A program made the position numbers and the translations under genes. 32,000 nucleotides of DNA from Candidatus Methanoperedens sp. (GTDB lineage Archaea; Halobacteriota; Methanosarcinia; Methanosarcinales; Methanoperedenaceae): positions 416,501-448,500 of the forward strand of contig JBGQBI010000002.1 of the NCBI GenBank assembly GCA_041494705.1, given 5' to 3'. Positions 23,396 through 31,681 of the stretch are shown here, in pieces. How positions within the stretch are numbered: position 1 is the stretch's first letter; the number at the start of each line of letters is the position of its first letter. A model generated the notes under the pieces. The model had not been told where the DNA came from and did not search any database. It worked only from the letters and a program-made list of their open reading frames with translations.

Positions 23396-24532
23396 ATGGC
23401 GCTTGACATAGGAATAGCAATAGGGCTTTTCATTATATTCCTGATTGTATTGATAGGTCCTTTCAAAATTAAGATAATTGAACAGAATCTTGAAGTATTT
23501 CTTTTCATTTGTGGGGTTCTTGCACTCACGATATCAGGCTTTGCAAAACTTGTTGACGCAGCCGGACAGATTATAGCAACCGGCTGGAGAATGGACATCA
23601 TCAAAGAAGCATTAGTCGCCCCCGTTTACATCTCCAACAGCTATCATTTACCCATAGGCATCGTGCAGGTTGTACTGGTTGTCGGATTGATTATTTACAA
23701 ATGGCACAAACCCATCCATGGCGCGATAAGGACAATGACCGAAAAACTTTCATTAAAGGTCATGGCTTTCATACTCATCGCAGTCCTTGGTCTTTTTTCA
23801 AGCGTGATTTCAGCTATTCTTGCAGCCATCATACTCGTGGAGATGGTCAATGCCCTGCCGCTTGCAAGGAAATCCAAGGTTGACCTTACGGTCATAGCAT
23901 GTTTTTCAATCGGTCTTGGCGCTGCGCTCACACCTCTTGGTGAGCCTCTTTCAACAATAGCTATTTCGAAATTATCAGGTGCTCCGTACCATGCCACTTT
24001 CGGATACCTCATACAACAGCTTGCAATTTACATTCTCCCCGGAATTATTGCATTTGGTCTTGTGGGTATGTTCTTCCTCGGAAAAGTAAATCCAAAGGAC
24101 CCGGGCATGAAAGCTGAAGATTATAAGGAAACTTTGAAGGATGTAATAATGAGAGCAGTCAAAGTATATGTGTTCATTATGGCGCTTGTTTTCCTCGGCG
24201 ACGGCTTCAAGCCCATAATCTTTGAATACATCGCAAAAATGCCTGCCGAAGCACTCTATTGGGTGAATACCGTGTCCGCTATCCTTGATAATGCAACTTT
24301 GACAGCGGCTGAAATCGGGCCATCCTTTTCACAGCTTCAGATTAATGCCGCGCTTATGGGATTATTAATCGCCGGCGGCATGCTGATACCCGGAAACATA
24401 CCGAACATCATCTCGGCAGGAAAACTTGGCATCACAAGCAAGGAATGGGCAAGGCTTGGAGTACCATTGGGATTTGTAACAATGGTAATCTACTTCGTCA
24501 TCCTGTTTGTGCCAAAATATCTTGGATACTGA
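23396..24532 (+). CDS. polytopic membrane transporter-like protein (possible cation transporter, DUF1646-like)
   Basis: 378 aa with about 10 hydrophobic segments. AGGAGG lies 11 nt upstream of the ATG. The family assignment is tentative and from memory. Confidence 0.55.
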   Translation: MALDIGIAIGLFIIFLIVLIGPFKIKIIEQNLEVFLFICGVLALTISGFAKLVDAAGQIIATGWRMDIIKEALVAPVYISNSYHLPIGIVQVVLVVGLIIYKWHKPIHGAIRTMTEKLSLKVMAFILIAVLGLFSSVISAILAAIILVEMVNALPLARKSKVDLTVIACFSIGLGAALTPLGEPLSTIAISKLSGAPYHATFGYLIQQLAIYILPGIIAFGLVGMFFLGKVNPKDPGMKAEDYKETLKDVIMRAVKVYVFIMALVFLGDGFKPIIFEYIAKMPAEALYWVNTVSAILDNATLTAAEIGPSFSQLQINAALMGLLIAGGMLIPGNIPNIISAGKLGITSKEWARLGVPLGFVTMVIYFVILFVPKYLGY

Positions 24533-24544
24533 AGTTAAATTTCA

Positions 24545-24574
24545 ATGCAGGCAACGCCTGCATCTCTTTTTTTT
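24545..24574 (+). terminator. GC hairpin plus T8 intrinsic-terminator-like element
   Basis: ATGCAGGC-aacg-GCCTGCAT (24545-24563) is followed by CTC and T8 (24567-24574), 13 nt after the transporter stop. Confidence 0.6.
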
Positions 24575-24617
24575 AAAAGTCTAACGGACTGTAAAAAAGT
24601 TTAATGTTGAGCAAATT

Positions 24618-24683
24618 CTTTGCGTACTTTGCGCCCTTTGCGGTAGAAAATCCTGCACCGCAAAGCACGCCAAGAGCGCAAAG
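24618..24683. repeat. 9-bp-periodic heptamer array: 3 x CTTTGCG then 3 x inverted CGCAAAG/CGCCAAG
   Basis: CTTTGCG occurs at 24618, 24627 and 24636. The inverted copies are at 24659, 24668 (CGCCAAG, 1 mismatch) and 24677. The arms can pair as a roughly 27-bp imperfect hairpin with a 12-nt loop. It lies between convergent genes. Confidence 0.8.
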
Positions 24684-24739
24684 TTACTTTAAGCGAAATT
24701 TAACAACAAAAGCTTTTACAAAGACAGTCTGGCTAATAA

Positions 24740-24994
24740 TTAATAATTGTCCATCGTAGTTTTCAAACTATTCTTGTACTCATCCTTGAGCGAATAGACA
24801 TTATGGTCGCCCTTCACATCTATTCTCAGGATGCCAAGCCTTGTATTCATGAGACCCACCATTGCTGAAACTCCCCTGTAATTGACATCAAACCCTTCTT
24901 TCTTGAGATGGTCAAAAACATTCTCGGTAGTATATGGCTTGTCGGTGAGAAATAACTTCAAAACAGATTTCCTGATACCTGTTTCATCGCGCAT
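24740..24994 (-). CDS. hypothetical small protein (84 aa)
   Basis: ORF co-directional with and downstream of the radical SAM gene. No recognisable motif, possibly a winged-helix-sized domain. Confidence 0.4.
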   Translation of the reverse strand: MRDETGIRKSVLKLFLTDKPYTTENVFDHLKKEGFDVNYRGVSAMVGLMNTRLGILRIDVKGDHNVYSLKDEYKNSLKTTMDNY

Positions 24995-25098
24995 CAGGTA
25001 TTTTGTCAGGCGCGTTTTGATTTTCTCATTTCCTTCGATGCTCAGTCAGACCACCTTTTTCCATTATTTGATTTTAAGAGTTTATACCTTTCCATATT

Positions 25099-26124
25099 TT
25101 AAAGAGGCGTCATTTCTGCTATCATTCCGTTTTTCATGGGATATCGTTCAATTATTGAAACGCTGCATCCTGTTTTTTTCAGCTCATCCGCCAGGTCTTC
25201 TGCTATCCACCAGGCGGTTTCAACAGAACCATCAAGGACAGAATACATGTCTTCCATGACCCCGGCTTCTTTCAGGATATCGAGACATTTTCCCCTGACA
25301 ACGCCATAAACAAGAGTCCCGTCATCGGTTATCTCATCAAAATACCTTGCAGATTTTTTTGCAATGCGTTTGAATCTTTCCCGCATCTGCACAGCGTCCT
25401 TGAAGCATGAGGAACAAAAACGGAGTTTATTTCCTGTTATTGATTCGGCCACCTCTTTGCTTCCGAGGACGGCTGATGAAGCGTCATCAACCGGGGCGAA
25501 CCCGCGCTTTTTCAGTTCGCTTGCATTTGTTTCTGAAAATTCAAGCTCGTTCAGGTTAAGAAAACCGCCAGCTTCCTCAAGTAAAGATAAGATTCCGCTA
25601 AAATCAGACGCGATAGACGGAATTTCAATTCCCGTGGAAAGACCCGTTCTGTGAGCAGCAAGGATGGAATCCCTGTAATAGGTGTGGTTAATGTTTTTCC
25701 AAATCTCAAGAGGCGGGTGGAACCTTATCTCGTCAAGACCCGCTTTCCGCAGCGACTCAAGCGTTCCTTTGGTGGGGGCATGCGCCGTGTATAAATGGAT
25801 ATGGTGGGCGCTGCCAAACCTGTTTTTCAGGAGTTTTATATAATGAATAACACGCTCCAGGCGCAATAGCGGCTCACCGCCTGTTATGCCCGTTCCGAGA
25901 GCGTCCATTGAAACAGCTTCTTCTATCAGGTCATCATCTTTTTCCACGAGCCTTTCATTTGCAAATATTATGTCCTTTCCCCGCCTTTCATTTGAAACCG
26001 GGCAGTAAAAACAATTCCTGCCGCACAGCCCTGTAACAAAAAGCACCATCTTTGCCCCTGTGCAGCATAAACGGCATCCTTCCGGAAGGTAATTGAAAAA
26101 AGAACCCGAATTATCCTTTTCCAT
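25099..26124 (-). CDS. radical SAM protein (pyruvate formate-lyase activase-related, COG2108-like)
   Basis: CGRNCFYCP is a CxxxCxxC cluster near the N-terminus, followed by GITGGEPLL. 341 aa. Confidence 0.8.
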   Translation of the reverse strand: MEKDNSGSFFNYLPEGCRLCCTGAKMVLFVTGLCGRNCFYCPVSNERRGKDIIFANERLVEKDDDLIEEAVSMDALGTGITGGEPLLRLERVIHYIKLLKNRFGSAHHIHLYTAHAPTKGTLESLRKAGLDEIRFHPPLEIWKNINHTYYRDSILAAHRTGLSTGIEIPSIASDFSGILSLLEEAGGFLNLNELEFSETNASELKKRGFAPVDDASSAVLGSKEVAESITGNKLRFCSSCFKDAVQMRERFKRIAKKSARYFDEITDDGTLVYGVVRGKCLDILKEAGVMEDMYSVLDGSVETAWWIAEDLADELKKTGCSVSIIERYPMKNGMIAEMTPL

Positions 26125-26132
26125 GGGTCTTA

Positions 26133-27047
26133 CTACTTGCTTCGGCTTATTATATACTCACCCAATTCTTTGAGTTTTGTTTTTGCATAGGTTTCATCGA
26201 GGTCTTCAATATGGTTTTTTGCAAGCTCTATCTCTTCTCTTGCGGTTTTTTGCGCAAATTCAATGGAATTCGCGACAAGATGCATGAGTTCCCCGTTATT
26301 GCATTTCATCATCATCTCAATTGAAATGCCTGAATTAATGGCATCAAGCAGTACAATGGAAGGTCTCCCCATAAAAAGGTCTTTTTTCACAGGTTTACCA
26401 AGGTCTTCCTCTCTTGAAATGCAATCAAGGATGTCATCGCGGATCTGGAAAGCAAGACCGATATGGTTCCCGAACTTTGTAAGGTCATTTATCTGTTTTT
26501 TATCTCCACCGCCAACGAGAGCCCCTACCTCGGCCGCTGAACTGAAAAGCGAACCGGTTTTCCTGAAAGCAAGCTCAAGATAACTCTTCTTATCTTTGGC
26601 AAAATCAACAAGTTCCATGGCTTCGCCCTCGCCCATACAGAACAATGAATCGGCGATGGCATGGATGAGTCTCGGGTCGCGCGCCGCGATTTTGAGTGAA
26701 AGGGCTGCAAGGATTTGCACTGTCAGGAGAGCCATGTCATTGCCCCACAGCGTATGAATCGTGAACTGTCCGCGCCTTTTCTCGGATTTATCGATTACAT
26801 CGTCCAGTACGAGAGATGAGGAATGTATTAATTCGATAGAAGCGGCTGCAAAACATGCTTCTTTTGCAGTACCGCCCACAGCCTCGCATGCGAGCGTGAC
26901 AAGCGCGGGCCTGATGCGTTTTCCCTTTGAAGCTATTGCATAGGCGACCGCGGCGGCAAGCTCAGGCGGTTTGATATCAGTGAGAAGGTTTGGCAGTTCA
27001 GAATCCACCAAGCTTGCGCGCTCGGCTAAAAGTTGCTCTATATCCAT
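26133..27047 (-). CDS. trans-polyprenyl diphosphate synthase (GGPP/GFPP synthase-like)
   Basis: First Asp-rich motif LVLDDVIDKSEKRRG and second Asp-rich motif FQIRDDILD. Its stop is 8 nt from the radical SAM start. Confidence 0.85.
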   Translation of the reverse strand: MDIEQLLAERASLVDSELPNLLTDIKPPELAAAVAYAIASKGKRIRPALVTLACEAVGGTAKEACFAAASIELIHSSSLVLDDVIDKSEKRRGQFTIHTLWGNDMALLTVQILAALSLKIAARDPRLIHAIADSLFCMGEGEAMELVDFAKDKKSYLELAFRKTGSLFSSAAEVGALVGGGDKKQINDLTKFGNHIGLAFQIRDDILDCISREEDLGKPVKKDLFMGRPSIVLLDAINSGISIEMMMKCNNGELMHLVANSIEFAQKTAREEIELAKNHIEDLDETYAKTKLKELGEYIISRSK

Positions 27048-27165
27048 TGCCTACACCCATGAATGAAATACTTGAAAAGTGTTTCTATTTAAACGCATAA
27101 TCCTTCACAACATGAACTAATCATAGATAGATTTTATCTTTTATGTTCATTTCGGGAAAATCATT

Positions 27166-27298
27166 CATAAAGGGTTACGCCCCTTTATGACGTCCCGAGT
27201 CACGTCTCGGGAGGGTATCCACGTATGCCTGTGGGCATACGTGTCTGCGAAGTAAAGCGGCGCAACGGTTTTTGATAAAACTTTCTTAAAGTTTTTCA
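27166..27298 (-). repeat. mosaic hairpin element, copy C (H7-H5-H4-H3), immediately after the dapL stop
   Basis: Near-identical to copy B, but it lacks the 60-nt H1+H2 cassette (19300-19359 in B). H3 here is the perfect CATAAAGGG-ttacgc-CCCTTTATG (27166-27189). H7 is AAAACTTT-ctt-AAAGTTTT (27277-27295) and abuts the dapL stop codon (27296-27298). Confidence 0.85.
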
Positions 27299-28453
27299 AA
27301 TATCCAGTTTTCGCATTCGTTCAACCGCTTCATTTATCCTTTCTACAGGCTGCGTCAGGGCAAACCTGACATACCCTTCGCCGGATTCACCAAAACCCAC
27401 GCCCGGCGTGGCAACTATCCCTGCTTTTTCAAGAAGCATCTTCGCAAATGCCGAAGAGCTGCCGTTTACATGCACCCAGACATAGAACGTGGCTTTCGGG
27501 GGTTTAACGGGAAGCCCAAGGCTCTTCAGGCCGACAAGAAGCGCATCCCGCCGTTCCCTGTATATCAGGTTCGTTTCGCGGACGCAATCCTGGGCACCGG
27601 AAAGGGCAGCGATGCCGGCTTCCTGTACAGCTTCGAATGCGCCTGAGTCCACGTTTGTTTTTACTTTTCCAAGACCGGATAGTATATCGCTGTTGCCGAC
27701 CGCAAAACCGAGTCGCCAGCCGGTCATATTATATGTTTTTGACAGGGAATGCACTTCAATGCCCACGTCCTTTGCCCCGCTGGCATTGAGGAAACTGGGC
27801 GCCTTGTAACCATCGAAGGTCATTTCCGAGTATGCATTATCGTGAATCACTATGATTTCGTTTTCATTTGCAAAATCCACCACTTCCTCAAAGAATTTTA
27901 TTGAAGCCGTAGCCGAGGTGGGATTATTGGGATAATTGATAAACATGAGTCTTGCTTTTTTTGCGATATTGGCTGGAATGGCGTCAAGGTCTGGAAGGAA
28001 ATCGTTCTCAGAAAGCAGTGGCATCTTGAAGGGTTTGCCATTCGCGAGTATTGAGCCGATGTTGTAAACTGGATATCCCGGGTCTGGAACAAGTGAAATA
28101 TCACCGGGGTTTAAGAATGCAAGCGGGATATGGGCTATCCCCTCTTTTGAACCTATGAGCGTGAGAACCTCGTTTTCAGGGTCAAGGTCAACGTTCATGG
28201 TCTTTTTGTACCATTGGGCTGCCGCTCTTCTAAAGGACAGCATTCCCTCATACGACGGATAACGATGGCGGGCAGGATTATCGAGGGATTTTTTCATGGC
28301 TTCCACGATATGCGGCGGAGTAGGTAAATCAGGGTCGCCTATGCTCAGGTTAATGACATCCACGCCTTTCTTAACAGCCTCGGCTCTTGCTTTGTCGATG
28401 GCTGCGAATAAGTAAGGGGGCAATGAATTTATCCTGTCGGCGTAGGTGACCAT
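27296..28453 (-). CDS. dapL: LL-diaminopimelate aminotransferase (DapL-type, class I aminotransferase)
   Basis: 385 aa with RINSLPPYLFAAID, INLSIGDPDLPTP, the PLP-lysine context SLSKTYNMTGWRLGF, and YVRFAL at the C-terminus. The function call rests on family resemblance and on the dapA/dapB context. Confidence 0.75.
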   Translation of the reverse strand: MVTYADRINSLPPYLFAAIDKARAEAVKKGVDVINLSIGDPDLPTPPHIVEAMKKSLDNPARHRYPSYEGMLSFRRAAAQWYKKTMNVDLDPENEVLTLIGSKEGIAHIPLAFLNPGDISLVPDPGYPVYNIGSILANGKPFKMPLLSENDFLPDLDAIPANIAKKARLMFINYPNNPTSATASIKFFEEVVDFANENEIIVIHDNAYSEMTFDGYKAPSFLNASGAKDVGIEVHSLSKTYNMTGWRLGFAVGNSDILSGLGKVKTNVDSGAFEAVQEAGIAALSGAQDCVRETNLIYRERRDALLVGLKSLGLPVKPPKATFYVWVHVNGSSSAFAKMLLEKAGIVATPGVGFGESGEGYVRFALTQPVERINEAVERMRKLDI

Positions 28454-28551
28454 ACGGGCTTCTGGATGTTGTTTATGGTATATAAGATATGAGCTTTTTG
28501 AACCAAACTATTTGTGTGAATTTCTTTATAATTTTGCAGGCTCACCTAAGT

Positions 28552-28917
28552 TCAGTCATCCCCGTCGTCCTCATCCTCCTCTTTCCCTTCTTCCAAAAGC
28601 AGCAGCTCCCCGTAAAGCAATTTTTCAATCACCTGCGAAACATAAAAACGCTTCATGTACTTTTCAAGGTCTTCATTCATGTGCAGGTGTGAATCGACCT
28701 GGACACGCAGGAGAACGAACCTGAACTTATCCACGTCATCAATTTCAAGCGATTTTATACCTTCTATAACATAGGGCAATTTGTCAGGGTCGTCCACGAC
28801 TTCGGCAATAGTAAGAACATTATCGTGGATTTTTTCAATATCCACATCCTTCCGGCCTGCCAGAAGCTGGAGGGTTTTTGAAGAATATTTTTTATCCCGT
28901 ATCCTGATTTCATCCAT
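28552..28917 (-). CDS. hypothetical protein with acidic C-terminal tail
   Basis: About 121 aa ending EEGKEEDEDDGDD. The track start is a GTG at 28926 and the ATG is at 28917. Confidence 0.45.
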   Translation of the reverse strand: MDEIRIRDKKYSSKTLQLLAGRKDVDIEKIHDNVLTIAEVVDDPDKLPYVIEGIKSLEIDDVDKFRFVLLRVQVDSHLHMNEDLEKYMKRFYVSQVIEKLLYGELLLLEEGKEEDEDDGDD

Positions 28918-28971
28918 GCTAACCACGTATTCTATATCTATTAAGTTCTATATTATCCCAGCGGCGAAATA

Positions 28972-29715
28972 ATGGATACACCTGTAATTCTAAAAACGTT
29001 CCGGAATGGAAAGATAAAAGAATATTTTGTCATGAAGGAGGGTGAACTTCATACCGACCTCGGTATAATAAAACTGGATGAGCTTAAAACAAAAACATTT
29101 GGCGATACGATAAGCTCGCACCTGGGTGTTGAGTTCATTATCCGGAAACCAAAAGCCCCGGATTTTTTCAAGTACGCAAAACGAAGCGGGGCGCCCATGA
29201 TGCCAAAGGATATTGGCGTGATTATTGCAAACACCGGCCTATGTTCCTCAGACTGCGTGCTGGACGCCGGCACGGGTTCAGGGATACTTGCCATTTACCT
29301 TGGAAGTATTGCCAGGAAAGTGGTAACGTATGAAATAAGGGAGGAATTCCTGGAAATTGCAAAGGAAAACTTTGCCCAGGCAGGTCTATCTAATATTGAA
29401 CTGCGCCATGGGGATATCGTTGAAGAAATACAGAAACTGGATGAGAAATTCGACGTGGTGACACTGGACACCATTTCTGCATCGCAGGTCGTCCCGCACG
29501 TACCGCGCATCCTTTTTCCGGGTGGGTTTCTTGCTACATACTCACCTTTTTTTGAACAAACAAGGGATATAAGGGATGCAATCGGGAAAACAAATTTCAC
29601 CGAGCTTAAGACCATCGAGACCATAGAACGGGAGATTACTTTCACCGATAGGGGAACACGCCCTGCAACAGCGAGAGTGGGTCACACGGGTTTTATAACT
29701 ATAGCCAGATACTAA
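28972..29715 (+). CDS. trmI: tRNA (adenine-N1)-methyltransferase TrmI (GCD14 family)
   Basis: 247 aa with a SAM-binding motif (VLDAGTGSGILAIYL), YEIREEF..A..N and VTLD, in the arrangement typical of TrmI/Gcd14. Confidence 0.8.
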   Translation: MDTPVILKTFRNGKIKEYFVMKEGELHTDLGIIKLDELKTKTFGDTISSHLGVEFIIRKPKAPDFFKYAKRSGAPMMPKDIGVIIANTGLCSSDCVLDAGTGSGILAIYLGSIARKVVTYEIREEFLEIAKENFAQAGLSNIELRHGDIVEEIQKLDEKFDVVTLDTISASQVVPHVPRILFPGGFLATYSPFFEQTRDIRDAIGKTNFTELKTIETIEREITFTDRGTRPATARVGHTGFITIARY

Positions 29716-30029
29716 TCATTTTTAATCTATTACTAACCGCTTTCACATTTCTCTCTGCTATCTGGGTAATTGAAGAGGTTATTTTAATATTCAAGTTATT
29801 ACTTAGACTTTTAATTCAAAAAAACACTTTAGTGAACTATAAAAAACTAAAATAAGATTTTATAGACCGTAAAAACTCAAAAACCCTGAAAAACTTTCAG
29901 TATACTTAAATTAAGAATTGTTATACTTACTGGTATTCGGATGCTTTATTGCATTCAAGCAGCCAGAAAAAAGGAATCGGATGAAAAACGCATAGAATTG
30001 ACATAAAAAAGTTATTAGGAGAGTCGGAA

Positions 30030-30404
30030 ATGAAAACGGAAGAAATGTTTATTGAACTTTTGGGAGATAAGTACTCCAGAGAGATACTATCTCGGACCTC
30101 AAGCATAGAATGCTCTGCCCTCCTGTTATCCAGGGAGCTTGGCATACCACTTGCAACTGTGTACAGGAAGTTAAAGTTTCTGGAGGATGCGGGGCTGATA
30201 AAGCATGTCAAGACAATCATACAGCTCTCGGGCAATGAAGAGAAGTATTACCGTTGTGTAATTCATGAGGTTAAAGTGAATTTCCATAAGGGTATACTTT
30301 CGGTCAACCTGACAATGGTGGATTACAATGATAAAATTGTGAGACTCTGGAAAAGGCTCACCCAGCCAGGTTCCCAGGATATCGAATGCTTGATATGTCA
30401 ATAG
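30030..30404 (+). CDS. ArsR-like winged-helix transcriptional regulator
   Basis: 124 aa. LLGDKYSREILSRTS..CSALLLSRELGIPLATVYRKLKFLEDAGLIK fits an HTH plus wing. Confidence 0.7.
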   Translation: MKTEEMFIELLGDKYSREILSRTSSIECSALLLSRELGIPLATVYRKLKFLEDAGLIKHVKTIIQLSGNEEKYYRCVIHEVKVNFHKGILSVNLTMVDYNDKIVRLWKRLTQPGSQDIECLICQ

Positions 30405-30426
30405 AGGCGATACCACGAAACTTGAA

Positions 30427-30570
30427 ATGGTTGTTCATCAAGCAAAGCGGTGCCATGAACAGATGCCTTCATGCCCCGGTGATATGGACGATGTGCGGTG
30501 CTTTTTCTGCAAAGGCTGTGTGCTAAGTGTCGAAGAACGCATAGGAAATCTTAGAGAGTTGTTAAAATGA
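30427..30570 (+). CDS. candidate small Cys-rich protein (47 aa), below the ORF-track length cutoff
   Basis: My translation is MVVHQAKRCHEQMPSCPGDMDDVRCFFCKGCVLSVEERIGNLRELLK. Its stop overlaps (ATGA) a second 26-codon ORF at 30567-30647, MSLQSDAAKAHIERLLGSPRCQCPGD. No clear RBS. Confidence 0.25.
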   Translation: MVVHQAKRCHEQMPSCPGDMDDVRCFFCKGCVLSVEERIGNLRELLK

Positions 30571-30783
30571 GCCTACAAAGCGATGCAGCGAAGGCGCACA
30601 TCGAGAGGCTGTTGGGCAGCCCACGTTGCCAGTGCCCGGGGGATTGAGGAGAAGATAACATACACGATTAACATCGGCGAGGGCGGCAGCGGGTATGGTT
30701 CGTCGGATACAGGACCCCGCTCATATCAAAGAGATTTTGGAATTATTCTATTTTACCACAGAAGGGTTTAATTTTTAGATATG

Positions 30784-31530
30784 TTATTTTTTCGGTATTC
30801 CCTTAGCCGTAAGTGATGGGGTTAAGTTCGAACTGCTTGTGTTCGTACTGCTTGCATTTCTCGCTGCATGGCAATCGGTGCAGTACTTTTCCTGATGACA
30901 ATCGGTGCATGCCATGCCTGCAAATGAAACCTGCGTCTTATGCGTCGCAAGCCAGCCTTTGGGATGCGCGTTGGCATGACATTTATCACAGATAGCCGTT
31001 ATATTTGCAGGATGTTTGACATCGGAGTGACAGTTTGTGCAAGTCACTGAAACCGGATGGTTGCTGTGGCTGAAATTGACTCCATTAAAATTAATATCGG
31101 GAGAAAAAATGCGCGTTTCATGGCAGATAAGACAATTTTTATCCAATACTTTTGCAAATAATGGATCTGAGGTATCTCCAGAGGTGGTTTCATAGTTGTA
31201 CATTTGCATAAGCCCGTTAATCTTACCTTTTATATGGCCTACCAATCCCGGTTCATAATGGCAATTAATGCATGCAACACCCTTATGCGCTGATATGCTC
31301 CATGAGTCGTAATATGGTCTCATGATATGGCAATTCTTTCCGCAAAAATCCGGATTTTCAGTGATTGCAAGCACCTTTTCAGAAATAACCACCCCTGCCG
31401 AAAGTAGAACCACCAATGAAATTATAATCGGGAGCTTGTGTGCTGAAATCCAAGCCTTAATAACTGCTTTAAGCGATATATTATCCATCAGTTCACCGTT
31501 TTTTAATTTGTTTATTTCCTTATTATTCAT
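30784..31530 (-). CDS. membrane-anchored multihaem c-type cytochrome with NapC/NirT-like N-terminus (7 haem-binding motifs)
   Basis: N-terminal TM helix (LPIIISLVVLLSAGVVI). The motifs are CGKNCH (CX3CH), CINCH, CLICH, CTNCH, CDKCH, CTDCH and CTDCH. FCxxxCHIM...SAHKG..C.NCH resembles the NapC/NrfH start. Confidence 0.85.
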   Translation of the reverse strand: MNNKEINKLKNGELMDNISLKAVIKAWISAHKLPIIISLVVLLSAGVVISEKVLAITENPDFCGKNCHIMRPYYDSWSISAHKGVACINCHYEPGLVGHIKGKINGLMQMYNYETTSGDTSDPLFAKVLDKNCLICHETRIFSPDINFNGVNFSHSNHPVSVTCTNCHSDVKHPANITAICDKCHANAHPKGWLATHKTQVSFAGMACTDCHQEKYCTDCHAARNASSTNTSSSNLTPSLTAKGIPKK

Positions 31531-31681
31531 TTAAATTTGCCCCGTTTTCCAATCCTGCCCTTGCTGCATCCATAGCCGACCTATAGCAAGTCGTAAAGGT
31601 GCGAAATCTGTATTATATCATTATTTCCCTTGGTTAATAAATTATATAATCCAATCACTGTGGCTGTCATTGCATTGCCTA

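Noticed and set aside
30583-30771. 62-aa plus-strand track ORF (MQRRRTSRGCWAAH...)
   Set aside because: It has an Arg-rich, low-complexity start and no RBS, and it overlaps the second mini-ORF. There is no motif support, so it is left uncalled.
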